64,000 bases of DNA from the human T2T-CHM13v2.0 reference genome, Homo sapiens. This document shows positions 12,315-25,802 of the stretch, in pieces. Within the stretch, counting starts at the first letter, position 1. Each line of letters starts with the position of its first letter. Made by a program: the position numbers and the translations under genes. The stretch lies in the NCBI RefSeq assembly GCF_009914755.1, contig NC_060932.1; one strand, written 5' to 3'. Under the pieces are notes generated by a model. The model saw only the letters and a list, made by a program, of their open reading frames with translations, did no database searches and was not told where the DNA came from.

Positions 12315-12442
12315 ATGCTCAGAGGCCCCATGCCTGATGAGTCAGTGGACAGGGGACATTGAATATGACCTGCTTCTGCCACCCATTCCACACCAAACAA
12401 CTCTGTGTGACCTACAAAATCTTAAAGGCATCTTTTCAAGAT
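12315..12442 (+). CDS. Putative exon A of chimeric transcript (ATG at 12337: MSQWTGDIEYDLLLPPIPHQTTLCDLQNLKGIFSR)
   Basis: Acceptor TTTTTTCCCTCCTGACAG|A and donor AT|GTAAGC in non-repeat DNA; open frame; phase matches exon at 19821. Confidence 0.5.
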
Positions 12443-12548
12443 GTAAGCTGAAGGAAGATATGTCAGATTTCAGGCATGAAATTTATTTCTCTAATCCATT
12501 TTAGGACTGTGTTAGCCACAAGCTGAAGATTTCTGTCAAGGATGTTTA

Positions 12549-12554
<6 letters not shown>

Positions 12555-12594
<40 letters not shown>
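12555..12594. repeat. (TG)n microsatellite
   Basis: About 20 TG units. Confidence 0.95.
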
Positions 12595-12595
<1 letters not shown>

Positions 12596-15500
12596 TTATG
12601 CACATAGGAACATGAGTGCACTGGGGATGTCTGTATGTGTGCAGGTGACCCCGAATGGCCTGGCGAAAAGGTGTCTTATCCATAGTGTTGGAGGTCCCAA
12701 GTTGCAACTTCTCTCTGAGAAGCTGCTGAGTCACTGCCTGCAATGGCTGTGAGTGTGGGCAGCAATTCAGTCTCCTATCATCCCAGGCATCTGCAGGGAG
12801 AATAAGAAAAGCTTCACCTGTCCTGTGGCCAGGAAGGTGGGAATAGCTTGATTACTTGTTGGTGGTACTCATACCAAATAAGCATGTAACTGCCACTTCA
12901 CTCCCTATTTCTCTACTATGGTACACGGAAACCTTATTTTCAGAAGCTTTCAGTGAGTAAATGAGCATCTGTTTCTGCACTGCTGAACAATTTGTCGTAT
13001 TTTGTTCAGAAAGTATTTACTAAGTAGTTTATTTATGCTCTGTACTTTGATAACAGCTATAATGAACAAACATATAACAATAGTAACAAAAAATGGGAGT
13101 GGGTGCAGGGATACTTGGGTAATTTTAGCCAAATAATGAAAACAAATAACACAGAAAGCTGGCACATGGGAACCCGGCAGCTCCTCCAAGATTGTTCCCT
13201 TGAAATTAGATCCATCTCACAAACTTTGCATCTCTACAGCTTGCTAGTGTGTATTGAGCAAGTGCATAAGGCGCACCCTTTGCTTGTCCTCCTCCAGGTG
13301 CAAGATCAAAAACCAAAGCATAAAACACAAACACAAGCCACAGAAGAGTTTATTTCTGACCCCAAATGATGTGATTTTTAAAAGGGAAAGAGAAGTAATG
13401 GTCTGTTAGTATTGATAAAAAGTGAGTGCAGTGGGAGGAAAGTAGAAAAAATGTTATCTTATGTACTTTCCAGGGTTACTGCATCAAGAAAGAGTATACG
13501 TGTACATGGACTTTGTAAAGTGGATTACACTTTGCAAGGTAGTCATTATGTGTTAGGTGTGAGGAGTGCAGACAAATGACAGATAGGAAGTTGACTCAGG
13601 TGTAAGTGATGCTTGCAGAAAGAGTGCTAAAGAGGAACATCTCCTGTCGGGAGCATGTACAGTGCTTGCTTGGCCTTGATGTTCTCTGGCCCATGCTCTT
13701 CCTACTTGCAAAGCACCAAGCACCGACCAGCACAAAATTGGGACCCAATAAAAGCTGACTTGTTTGACTGTTTTTTATATTATTAGCATTGAAATTCAAA
13801 TCATGACCTTGTAATCTCTGAAAAGCAGTATCAGACCCCCAGCTGAGGTCACTCCAAGATGTGACACAACAAAAGACTTTAGAATAAAAGCATCGATTTA
13901 CAAGCCTATAGGTGCAATCCAACCATGAGTGATGCTGAAAACAAAAAGCACATATTGCAGTCTTTATACCAAACTATTTGGGTGTGGGGAGAGCTTTTCT
14001 GCACCTGCGTTAATGAGCTCCATTCTGGTTGCTATGTATCAAGGAAGATATGACATAGCTGGAGTGTCAGTCCTTGCCTGAGGACCAGCTGTCAGAAGGA
14101 TCAAAAATCTGCTGTCTTGAGCATGAGTCAATAATTGCTGAGACTGCCATCCTGTTACAATAGGGTCTGATTAATCTGCTGCCTGGGTAAATCTTCCCTG
14201 GAATGGCTCATCCCTCTAATCCTATGGACAGAGTCCAATCTCCATGCCTGCATTTCTCTCCTGGTTTCTGGTCTGTTCACTAGCTCCTTTGACAGGTGGG
14301 AGCCTAGTCCAGTTCTACGACTTGAGTCCTCTCCCTCTCTGCAGAGGATAGACACAGCTAACAATGCCTTCAGTTCAACTGGGGGCCCAGCTTCATTCAA
14401 AAATTTCTCTATTTAATAAGATGGTTTTGTTCTGGATTATGTTTTTTTCCCCCTTAGATTTACAATGAGTAAGCACTGAAAAATGTGTTGTTGAAAAACT
14501 AGTAGAGAATGTTCTGCTTCTTCAAATGTGGAGGTTTGAATTTTTATTTTCTGAATAACTGTTCTCCCAAAGACTTCACTAAAATAGTTATGATTAAGAA
14601 TTCCGATCTCAAAGCAGAGGCAGAAAATTGGTATCTGGGGGAGATCATGTTCTTTTGGGAGAGGCTTATTAATGTAAGCTGAAGGCTGAGGAGGAAAACG
14701 GACACAACTCCAGTTCTCTTTTTGGTCCATTGAACTGGATGGGGGGCTCTATGATTGAGAGATGAGTACTCTTAATTGTGAAACTCTTTATGAGAAAAAT
14801 TTACGGGTCTCTATTCTTGAGCAAAGCTCTTTTGGCAGGCAACAAAATATGACACAGCATTAGCAAGAAAGCTGCTCTCTGTGCTTCTGCGCAGAACTCA
14901 GCTCTGCTTTTGTTCCCTGAGAAATGGCAGCTTTGGGATGGACCAGCTGAGACTGCACCCCTGTCTCAGGTATTGCAGTCTCCTGATGATCACTCCGAGC
15001 AGTGGGGCAGGGGAGACTTCATGGGATATAACAAGTGGGACCAATGTAGAAGAGGATGTATGTCATGTGGTGTTTGCAGCCAAATGATCGGTCTTTGGGC
15101 ACATGTGAGGTACCACTTAGGAAACCACTGGGAAAACTGAAGAGGGTATATATCAAGCTATTTTGATGCTACTGGGCCAAGAGAACTTAACTTGCACCTA
15201 AAGCCACAATTCTACCACCTATTTGATGAAGACAGATTGTTGTTGTTTGGTGAATCCTACTGCTCATTAAATAGGCATTTAGATCATCAGCACCAATTTT
15301 CATCTACCTTAAGCCTGCTTTGGGCATTAGTTGGGTTGGGTCTGCTGATAAGCAGACTAATTCTTGGAACCATAGGCCAAACATTGTTCCATTTCTGGGT
15401 TCAAAGCCTATAGATTCATTATATGGAATACATTTGGTAAGATAATCTGAAATGATTGAGAGATTATAGGTTCAAGGGCTACCATGTGAAGGGATATAAA

Positions 15501-15773
15501 TGGTGAAGAGTCTTAAGTATATAAAGACAAAGCAAAAGGTGATATAATAACATATCTATGAAAAAGCAAAGTGCATAATTAGACGTGTTTATGAAAGCAT
15601 AGGCTAAAAGAATTATGAAACTTCACTGAAAAGTTAAAACAAAGGCGTGTAACAGAAAATAGTATGTACTTCATTAGTATCTCAACATAGAAAGTAATAC
15701 ATAACTTGTTAACTTGTCATAGAGCCTTCAGCCATTTTTTTTTTTTTTTTGAGCGTTGAAAATATATTTTAAA

Positions 15774-16098
15774 GTGGGGCACGGTGGCTCACGCCTGTAA
15801 TCCCAGCACTTTGGGAGGCCAAGGCGGGCAAATCACGAGGTCAGGAGATAGAGACCATCCTGGCCAACATAGTGAAACCCTGTCTCTACTAAAAATACAA
15901 AAAATTAGTCAGGCCTGGTGGCGGACGCCTGTAGTCCCAGCTACTCGGGAGGCTGAGGCAGTAGAATGGCGTGAACCTGGGAGGTAGAGCTGGCGGCAGG
16001 CCGAGATCACACCACCATACTCCAGCCTGGGCGACTGAGTGAGACTCTGTCTCAAAAAAAAAAAAAAAAAAAAGAAAAAGAAAAAGAAAAAGAAAACA
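15774..16098 (+). mobile_element. Alu, AluY-like
   Basis: AATGGCGTGAACC diagnostic; A/(GAAAAA)n tail; 16-bp TSD GAAAATATATTTTAAA (15758-15773, 16099-16114). Confidence 0.92.
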
Positions 16099-16937
16099 GA
16101 AAATATATTTTAAATGTTTCGAGGTAAGGAGTTAGTGCAGAGGGTTATGATCTAGGGATATCCACAACTTCCGAGTTGATGCCAGGGACAACAACCATTT
16201 TCCCTCCACGTAGTGTCTGGTGCCATTGCCTTAGAAACATCTTGGTTGCATAAACCATAGAAAGAATCAGAGTTAATGTTTACAATTGTTTTAGTTTTTT
16301 TTTTTTAGCACCATTTTAATAATTCATGAACTTGATCATACTCTTTCAAATAGCAAAATAATTAACTTTTATATGAGTCTTGCAACAAACTAAAGCCCTA
16401 TAGTTGGGCAAAAACATATTGGCTACATTAATTCAACTGGTTAATTCCTCAAATATGATTCTACATTTCCTAGAAATAAACATGTGTAGTATATTAAAAA
16501 ATGTTGAACTTCAATCCGACAAACATTTATTGATCCCTTAATATCTTCCGGGCCTATGCTAGTACTAAAATTTAGAGCTGAATAGGATGAGACCCTGCTT
16601 ATAGTATTTGAACTGACAGAAAATATTCAGAGCTGTCTTTATTTCCTCATTGAGTTTTTTAATTTTCTCTCAAGAGATCTAGAAATATGAAGTTGACATT
16701 ACAGATTCTAGAGACAAATTTATTAAATGCCCTGCCTCCAACTTTGGTCTACTCTTTGAGAAATGTTTTCACCATTATCTTAGGAGGACTTCCTAGCCAT
16801 AGGATCTGAATTGTTATGGATGCTGCTTAAAGTGTATCATTTGAGCTTCCTGTCTCGAGTAGGCCAGGGTAGGGGGAGTTTGAGATGCAGGGAAGGGAAG
16901 AGAATAAGAGAAGTAGTTTCTTTTCAAAACAGAAAAA

Positions 16938-17000
16938 AGGAAGGAAGGACAGAGGGAAGGAGGGAGGGAAGGAGGGAGGGAAGGAGGGAGGGAAGGAGAC
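16938..17000. repeat. GGAA/GGAG purine simple repeat
   Basis: (GGAAGGAGGGAG)n. Confidence 0.9.
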
Positions 17001-18249
17001 AGGAGAAAGGCAAACAAGCTAGATATTCTGTACACTGTACATATTCTGGCCATTGACAAATCATATTTAAGGAGCATAACCTTCAGACCTCTCTAGGTTT
17101 TTAAGCAAAAGTCAATTTATATGATAACTCTAAAACTGAGTATCTGTCTATGTTAAAAAAGTAATGTCATGACCAAGAAATACCAAAAATATTGATACAG
17201 TTAGTGTCTAAAATGTTATGAATGCATTTCCTAGTTTAAAATATGCTAGCAGGAAGTATGTATTTACAGCTCAGAATAGCATACAAAAAAGGAATTTCTG
17301 CCAAATTTTTGGTAAAAAACTAGTAAACATGCCAAATCTGCTTGATTTCCAGGATGTCTCAGGACAATGTATATTAGAATTTAATAAAATTGAAAGAGAT
17401 TTTTAAACATAGATATTCTAGTGTTTAAAATAGAAAATATTGTTATTAACACTATTTAATAGAAATAAAATAGAATTAAATGAAAGAAATTGTTATTAAC
17501 ACAAGAGGAGAATGGTGAAATTGGCAAGTAGTCATAGTTAGGACAGTTGATTCCATTCCTAAGAGCTTTGAACTAGTTCCAATATGCAAATTTTTAAGAC
17601 AATAGCTAAAAGTTCTCATTGTTTCCCATGGCTCTAGTAACTTGGCCAATACAGGAAGAAGCTGAATTTCTGTAGTTAAAATTATACCTATCCTTTGAAA
17701 GGAAATGGGATAGCCCTAGAGAGTATTTTCCAGAAGACTGAATGGAGAGGAATTTATATCGTTATTTCAATGAGTAATTCCTACAGCCTCTACCAGCTCC
17801 AAACTTCTAAGTGGTAATATGTGATACTAACCTATGTTAGCACTGAAGAAATTCATTTCCCTAGCATAAATAGCTGCTTAGTGAAAGAACTCCTTAGCAC
17901 CAGTTCAATGCCTTTTGCACTTCACTTTGTTACCTCCCACTCCCAACTGGGGTGCACAAGACTTACTTATACATAATTACTTCTTGAGAATTAGCTTAAA
18001 ATTCAATTATAGCTGGCTGCAAAAGTCATTTGGTGGCCAAGTATGTCTTAGTAAAAGGAAGTTTTGATATATCACACGTATATCCCATTTTATTTGTTTC
18101 ACAGGGAAGAATGGAGATAGATTCTTTACAGATCAAGAGATTGAAAGTGTCCTGTTTTAATGTAAAGTTAGAATCTCTCTTATTCCTTCTTCCATGGCCA
18201 CTTTAGAGGAAAAGTTGTGACAGCTCAGGCAGATGTGTGAATGCATAGG

Positions 18250-18455
18250 CCTTTGATTTAGATAAACCTTCCTATGTTGCAACTCCCAACTTAGTGAATC
18301 TGACCAATTTTCTTAAGTTACCAAGGTCTCAGCTTGGATATCTCTAAAACGAGGTTCATAGTACCAGTCTCACAGAAATGTTGCGAAGATGAAATAGCAT
18401 ATGTGAAACACTGAAATCAATGAAGTATTGAGTAGACATTCAATAAATGATAGCT
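18250..18455 (+). mobile_element. MIR fragment
   Basis: TCTCAGCTTGGATATCTCTAAAA...GTTGCGAAGATGAAATAG...TCAATAAATGATAGCT. Confidence 0.55.
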
Positions 18456-18608
18456 CTCATATTTTTTTCTAATATGAAACATTAATATGATTAATTAATA
18501 ATATTGATTGCCTGGAGGTTTTTTTTTTAATTAATGAGCTCCTTTGGTTTTATGCAAAGTTTATCTTAGGGAGACACCAGTTTTCATATGAATGTTCTTA
18601 TACACAAC

Positions 18609-18904
<296 letters not shown>

Positions 18905-19674
18905 CACAACTGTTTTCATTACAAGGTAGTTTAGGAAAACAATTGGGATTCATGAGACCCATAGGATGCTTTCATAAGCTTTGTCACTAAATACAGTGAG
19001 GGTGCAATCATGTCTCCCCCAGCAGGGGCCCAGGACTCAGGCCAGAAGCCACCCAGAGAGTGTCAGTGCTGGCACATTTTGCTGAATGGGTTCAATCAAC
19101 ATTAATCCTTGAATATTACTTATAGAGTTTATGAGGAAGAAAATGTGATTAATCCAGACAAAAAAGAAAAAAAAAAACATTTCTCAACTGAGGGGAAAAA
19201 TTCCTTTGAGCATAAACAGATTGCACTATTTATACACGAAATATTTTTTGCATCTATAAACTTACCATGCTCAAGTATTCTAATTAATCGTGGTGGTTGC
19301 CAGGGAAACCAAACTAACTCAATTATAGGTCTGCGGGAAGGTGCAGTGTATTTATGACTGTGAATCAGGTAGTTTTCTGTGCAAAAACTAAAACTGAACA
19401 GATGCTTGAAGATTTTAAATGTTCTACAGAACACACTGTTATCTAGATTGTTTTCCTTAAAGAATCTCTTGATTTTCTTTCTTCATAACAACTTGGTTTG
19501 GGAACATGGACAGTGAATGTGATAGATTAAGAAGAGACAATGAGGAACATGATCAGCAATAAAACCACAGGAAATGACTGAATTAGGAGCCTATGAGTTG
19601 CATTGAAAGAGAGCCATAATTCTATACCATTTCTGTTTGGCTACCTTATCTAAAACGCAAAGTCTAAATAATAC

Positions 19675-20090
19675 TGAGGAGAGAGGCCATTTCTCTCACT
19701 GTCCCGTCTCCAAGGAGAAGAAAGAAGTAAAAGCTGAAAAACAACAGACTGATCAGCACCACTAGCCAGACCTGTAGCTTAAAGATTAACCCCCACCCTA
19801 ACCACCTGTGCTATCTATAGATCACAGAAAATGGTATGGAGAAATACTTGCATTGCTTACCCCCACCGCCAACGTATGTGGACATAGTCAAGTACCCCAT
19901 GCTTGCTCAATCTATCACGACCCTGTCACGTGGAACCCTCAGGGTTGTAAGCCTTTAAAAGGGCCAGGAACTCTTTCTTTGGGGAGCTCGGTTCTTGAGA
20001 TGCAAGTCTGCCGATGCCCCCAGCCAAATAAAGCCTCTTCCTTCTTTAACCTGTGTCTAAGGGGTTTTGTCTGTGGCTTGTCCTGCTACA
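19675..20090 (+). repeat. HERV-E 5' LTR, 416 bp
   Basis: TG...CA; TATA-like TTTAAAA near 19954; AATAAA near 20027. Confidence 0.92.
19821..19946 (+). CDS. Putative exon B, exonised from 5' LTR U3 (HRKWYGEILALL...WNPQG)
   Basis: Acceptor CTATCTATAG|AT, donor GGTT|GTAAGC; 126 nt, phase 1-1, no stop. Confidence 0.45.
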
Positions 20091-20095
20091 TTTCT

Positions 20096-20113
20096 TGGTT
20101 CCCTGACCGGGAA
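20096..20113 (+). other. Primer binding site, tRNA-Glu
   Basis: TGGTTCCCTGACCGGGAA, complement of tRNA-Glu 3' end. Confidence 0.92.
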
Positions 20114-20588
20114 GTGAGGTGGTTGATGGACGGTGGAGGCAGCCACTTAGGCAGCTTAGGCTTGCCCTGAAAAGCATCCCTGTGGAGGACTCTGGCTAGC
20201 TTGAGTGACGTGGATCCTAAGAGTGCTCCCAGGTAGGTACTTGCCCCGGTGGAACACCTCGTCGGAGCAGTGCACGGCAGACTCCTGCAGAGGATCAACT
20301 CAGTGGCTGAACACCCAGAAGGAACTTGTGCTTGGAGTCTGGACATCTGGAATATGGTAGGACCGGTCCTGGGAACTTGCCCACTCCATTTGAGTGGAAG
20401 CATGGCCTGATCACCCACGGTGTGCCCTTATTGGCACTTTGGTCTCAGTTTTGATTTGATTTTGATTTGGCTTGGCTTGTTTGAAGAAAGGAGAATGAAA
20501 ATGAGTGAATACTTGTGATTGACACGAATCTCCTCTTGCAGTGTGAGTATTGTTCTTTTCTTCTTTCTTTTCTTGTCTTGGGAAGGAG

Positions 20589-22213
20589 ATGGTAAAATGC
20601 AGAGTAAGCTCACTCCATTAGGAACTGTTTTAAAGAATTTCAAAAAAGGTTTTAATGGAGACTATGGAGTTACTATGACACCAGAGAAACTTAGAACTTT
20701 GTGTGAAATAGACTGGCCAGCATTAGGAGTGGGGTGGCCATCAGAAGGAAGCCTAGACAGGTCCCTTGTTTCAAAGGTATAGCACAAGATAACTGGTAAG
20801 CCAGGATACCCAGACCAGTTTCCATACATAGACACTTGGTTACAGCTGGTTTTAGACTCCCCACAGTGGTTAAGAGGATAGGCAGCAGCAGTACTAGTGG
20901 CAAAGGTACAGATAGCCAAGGAAGAATCCCACTCCACCTGCTGAGGGGAGTCAGCTCCTAAAGTCCTGTCCGACCCAACATCAGAAGATTAATGGCAAGA
21001 AACAGCACCAGTGCCCCCCACCCTACTCTTTCACCAAGAAGGAAGCCCTCCCACTCCTGAGCCCACTGCGCCAGAGCTTCCACAAGGCCTACATGCCCCT
21101 AGGCCACCCAGAGTAGAAAAGAAAGGATGTGAGCCCTCGGGAGAAACCCCTCCCTTGGCAGCCCATTTGAGGTCTAAAACTGGGATACAAATGCCCCTGA
21201 GAGAGCAATGGTATACTGGGGTATATGAGGATGGGCATATGGTGGAAGGGCATGCCTTTGTGTACCAACCCTTCACCTCTGACGATCTTCTCAATTGGAA
21301 AAACAATACCCGATCCTATACCAAAAAGCCTCAAGCTATAATTGATTTTCTCTAAACTATTATCCAGACCTATAGCCCTACTTGAGCTGATTGCCACCAG
21401 TTGCTCATATACCTCTTTAACACGGATGAAAGGTGAAGGGTGCTCCAAGCAGCCACTAAGTGGCTAGAGGAATATGTTCCAGCTGATTACCAAAATCCCC
21501 AAGAGTATGTGATCCAATTACCAGGAACAGACCCCCAGTGGGACCCAAATGAAAGACAGGGTATGCAAAGGCTAAACTGGTACAGGGAAGCCCTCCTGGA
21601 AGGGTTAAAGAAGGGAGTTCAGAAGGCCACAAATGTTAAAAAGTCTCTGAGGTTATTCAACAAATGGAAGAGAGTCCAGCACAATTTTATGAGAGACTAT
21701 GTGAGGCCTATCATATGTATACCCCCTTTGATCCTGAAAGCCCTAAAAAATCAGTGCATGATTAACATGGCTTTACCATGTGCACATGTTTGATGACTTT
21801 GCATCATCAAAGTGCAGAAGACATTAGAAGAAAACTACAGAAACAGACTGGATTTGCAGGCATGAATACTTCAGTTATTGGAGATAGCCAACCAGGTGTT
21901 TGTGAATAGAGATGCATTAAGCTGCAGAGAGAACCACAGACAGAGCGAATGCCAAGCCCGGCAAAACACCGACCTGCTAGCTGCAGCTATTAGAGGGGTC
22001 CCCCGAAAGGGGTGAGAGAAGGGGGACCCCAGGAAAAATACCTGGTCTGGTCGTCCATGCTTGCAGTGTAACCAGTGTGCTTACTGTAAGGAAATAGGAC
22101 ATTGGAAGGACAAGTGCCCCCAGTTGAAAGGGAAACAAGGTGACTCTGAGCAGCAGGCCTCAGACAAGGATGAAGGGGTTTTGTTCAATCTGGAAGATGG
22201 GTTACTGGACTGA
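20589..22213 (+). pseudogene. gag: HERV-E gag remnant
   Basis: LRTLCEIDWPALGVGWPSEGSLD; YQPFTSDDLLNWKNN; CAYCKEIGHWKDKCP knuckle; ends GAC-TGA-GGG (gammaretroviral read-through context); internal stops. Confidence 0.9.
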
Positions 22214-25200
22214 GGGGGACCGGGATAATGTGCCTCCAAAGAGCCCATGGTCAGGATGACAGTCGGGGGCAAGGATGTTGAGTTTCTTGTCAATACTGGT
22301 AACCACTCTGGTCACCCCCTTATCCAAAAAGACTACTGATATAATCGGAGCCACAGGGGTTTCAGCAAAGCAAGCTTTCTGTTTGCCCCGAACCTGCACT
22401 GTGGGGGGCATGAGGTAATTCACCAGTTCCTGTACATGTCTGACTGCCCCTTGCCTTTACTGGGAAGGGACCTACTTAGCAAGCTGAGAACCGCTATCTC
22501 TTTTACAAAGCATGGCTCTTTACAGCTAAGTTACCTGGAACAGGAGTCATCATGGCCCTTATGGTTCCTCGGGAAGAGGAATGGAGCCTCTTCTTAACTG
22601 AGCCAGGCCAAGAGATAGGACCAGCCTGGCTAAGCGGTGGCCAAAGGTGTGGGCAGAAGACAACCCTTCAGGGTTGGCAGTCAACCAAGCCCCTGTACTC
22701 ATAGAAGTGAAGCCTGGGGCCCAGCCGGTCAGGAAAAAATAGTACCCGGTCCCCAGAGAAGCTCTTGAGGGCATCCATGTCCATCTCAAGAACCTGAAGG
22801 CCTTTGGAATTATAGTCCCTTGTCAGTCTCCATGGAACACTCCCCTCCTATCTGTTCCCAAGCCGGGGACCAAGGACTACAGGCTGGCACAGGATTTGCC
22901 CATGGTCGATGAAGCTACAGTGATTTTGCATCCAATGGTACCTAACCCGTACACATTGTTGGGGTTACTGGCAGCTAAGACAGCTGGTTCACCTGCTTGG
23001 ACCTAAAAGATGCTTTCTTTAGCATCAGATTAGCCCCTGAGAGCCAAAAACTGTTTGCCTTTCAGTGGGAGGATCTGGGGTCAGGTGTCACCACTCAGTA
23101 CACTTGGACCCGGCTCCTCCAAGGGTTCAAGAACTCCCCCACCATCTTTGGAGAGGCAATGGCTCGAGACCTCCAGAAGTTTCCTGCCAGATACCTAGGC
23201 TGTGTGCTGCTCCAGTACATTGATGACCTCCTGCTGGGACAACCCACAGCAGTTGGGAGTGCCAAGGGAATGGATACCCTGCTCCAGCACCTGGAGGACT
23301 GTGGGTATAAGGTGTCCAAGAAGAAAGCTCAGATCTGCAGATAGCAGGTATGTTACCTGGGATTTGCTATCTGATCAGATAGAGCGCAGCCTGGGATCAG
23401 AAAGAAAGCAAGTCATCTGCGACCTGCCAGAGCCTAAGACCAGAGGGTAGGTGAGAGAATTCTTAGGAGCTGTAGGGTTCTGCACTTTGTGGATCCCAAA
23501 CTTTGTAGTATTGCCTAAGTCCCTGTATGGAGTCACAAAGTGGGGAGATAAGGAACATTTTGAATGGGGGTCCCAACAGCAACGAGCTTTTTATGAGTTA
23601 AAAGGAAAACTCATTTCGGCCCCAGCCCTGGGGCTACCTGACCTGACAAAACCTTTTACACTATATGTGTCAGAGAGAGAAAAAATGGCAGTTGCAGTTT
23701 TGACCCAGACTGTGGGGCCCTGGCCGAGGCCAGTGGCCTACTTCTCTAAACAACTAGATGGGGTTTCTAAGGGTTGGCCCCCATGTTTGAGGGCCTTGGC
23801 AGCAACAGCCCTGCTAGCACGAGAAGTGGATAAGCTAACTCTTGGGCAAAACCTAAACATAAAGGCCCCCCATGCTGTGGTGACTTTAATGAATACCAAA
23901 GGACACCATTGGCTAATGAATGCTAGAATAACTAGATACCAAAGTTTGCTCTGTGACAAACCCCATATAACCATTGAAGTTTGCAACACCCTGAACCCCA
24001 CCACCTTGCTCCTGGTATCAGAGAGCCCAGTTGAACATAACTGTGTAGAGGTGTTGGACTCAGTTTATTCTAGCAGGCCCAACCTCCGAGACCATCCTTG
24101 GACATCAGTAGACTGGGAGCTGTATGTGGACGGGAGCAGCTTCATCAACCCACAAGGAGAGAGGTGTGTGGGATATACAGTGGTAACCCTGGACATTGTC
24201 ACTGAAGCAAATCATTGCCCCAGGGCACTTCAGCCCAGAAGGCTGAACTCATTGCTTCAATTTGGGCCTTAGAGCTAAGTGAAGGTAAGACTGTAAACAT
24301 TTATACTGACTCTCGGTATGCCTTTTTAACTCTCCAAGTGTATGGGGCATTATACAAGGAAAAAGGCCTATTAAACTCTGGGGGAAAAGACGTAAAGTAT
24401 CAGCAAGAGATCTTGCAATTATTGGAGGCAGTGTGGAAGCCCCAAAACGTGGCAGTCATGCACTGAAGAGGACACCAGCGAGCTTCCACCTCGATTGCCT
24501 TGGGGAACTCCTGAGCTGACTCAAAGGCTCAAAAAGCAGCATCCACCCCCTACCAGGTGTCAGTCCCAGCCCCCCTGCTCCCTCAGGCACCTGACCTTGT
24601 GCCTACTTATTCTAAAGAAGAGAAGGACTTTCTCCAGATAGAGGGAGGACAGGTGATAGAAGAGGGATGGATCTGGTTACCAGATGGAATAGCCATGCCA
24701 CAGCTGCTAGGGGCCACAGTCGTACTGGCTGTACATGAGACCATCCACCTAGGCTAAGTGTCACTTGAAAAGTTGTTAGGCTGGTACTTCTACATCTCAC
24801 ATCTGTCAGCCCTTGCCAAAACAGTGGTGCAGCAGTGTGTCACCTACTGGCAGCACAATGCTAGGCAAGGTCCAAATGTCCTGCCCGGCATACAATCTTA
24901 TGGAGCAGCCCCCTTTGAAGATCTCCAAGTAGCCCTCACTGAGATGCCCAAATGTGGAGGTAACAAGTATTTGCTAGTTCTAGTGTGTGCATACGCTGGG
25001 TGGGTGGAAGTCTATCCAACACAGACCGAGAAAGCTCATGAAGTAACCTGTGTGCTTCTCCGAGATCTCCTTCCTAGGTTTGGACTGCCCTTACAAATCA
25101 GCTCAGACAACGGGCTGGGATTTGTGGCTGACTTGGTACAGAAGACAGCAAAGGTATTGGGGATCACATGGAAACTACATACCACCTACCGACTACAAAG

Positions 25201-25785
25201 TTCCTGAAAGGTGGAGCGGATGAATCAGACTACCAAAAATAGTTTAAGGAAAATGTGTCAAGAAACAGGATTAAAGTGGGTATAAGCTGTCCCTATGGTG
25301 TTGTTTAACATTAGATGTAGCTCTTCTAAAATAACAGGATATTCCCCTTATGAAATATTATATCATGGGTCCCTTCCCATACTAAGGGGACTCCCAGGCA
25401 CTCCTTGAGAGCTAGGTGAAATTGAGTTACAGTGACAGCTACAGACTTCATGGAAAATTACACAAACAATTTCAGCCTAGGTAAATGAGAGGTACCCCAT
25501 CAGCTTATTCTCCCCAGTTCACCCTTTCTCCTCAGGTGATCAGGTGTGTATCAAGGATTGGAAAGTAGCCCCCTTGTGGCCATGGTGGAAAGGACCCCAG
25601 ACCATCGTCTTGACCACTCCCACAGCTATAAAGGTAGAGGGAATCCCGGCCTGGATCCACCATAGACGGGTAAAACCTGCAGCACCTGAGACCTGGGAGG
25701 CGAGACCAAGCCCAGGCAACCTCTGAAAAGTGACCTCAAGAAAGACGACAAGCACTGCTCCAGTCACACCAGAAAGATGACTGGT
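22214..25785 (+). pseudogene. pol: HERV-E pro-pol remnant (PR, RT, RNase H, IN)
   Basis: FLVNTG (catalytic D to N), LLGRDLL, DLKDAFF, YIDD (23216-23227), YVDGSS, SAQKAEL, integrase SDNG and WKGP; frameshifts and stops. Confidence 0.92.
23509..24272 (+). CDS. Putative exon C coding part: pol connection domain and start of RNase H
   Basis: Acceptor AAACTTTGTAG|TA joins exon B in frame; lies in the longest open frame of the provirus (23451-24272). Confidence 0.42.
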
Positions 25786-25802
25786 CCCTGCACAGCCAAA
25801 GC

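Noticed and set aside
14881-15413. Short ORFs and a possible acceptor at 14894 in unique DNA
   Set aside because: No recognisable protein similarity and no convincing donor
18085-18135. Acceptor-like sites TTTATTTGTTTCACAG and TTCTTTACAG
   Set aside because: No clear paired donor or frame; cannot call an exon from sequence alone
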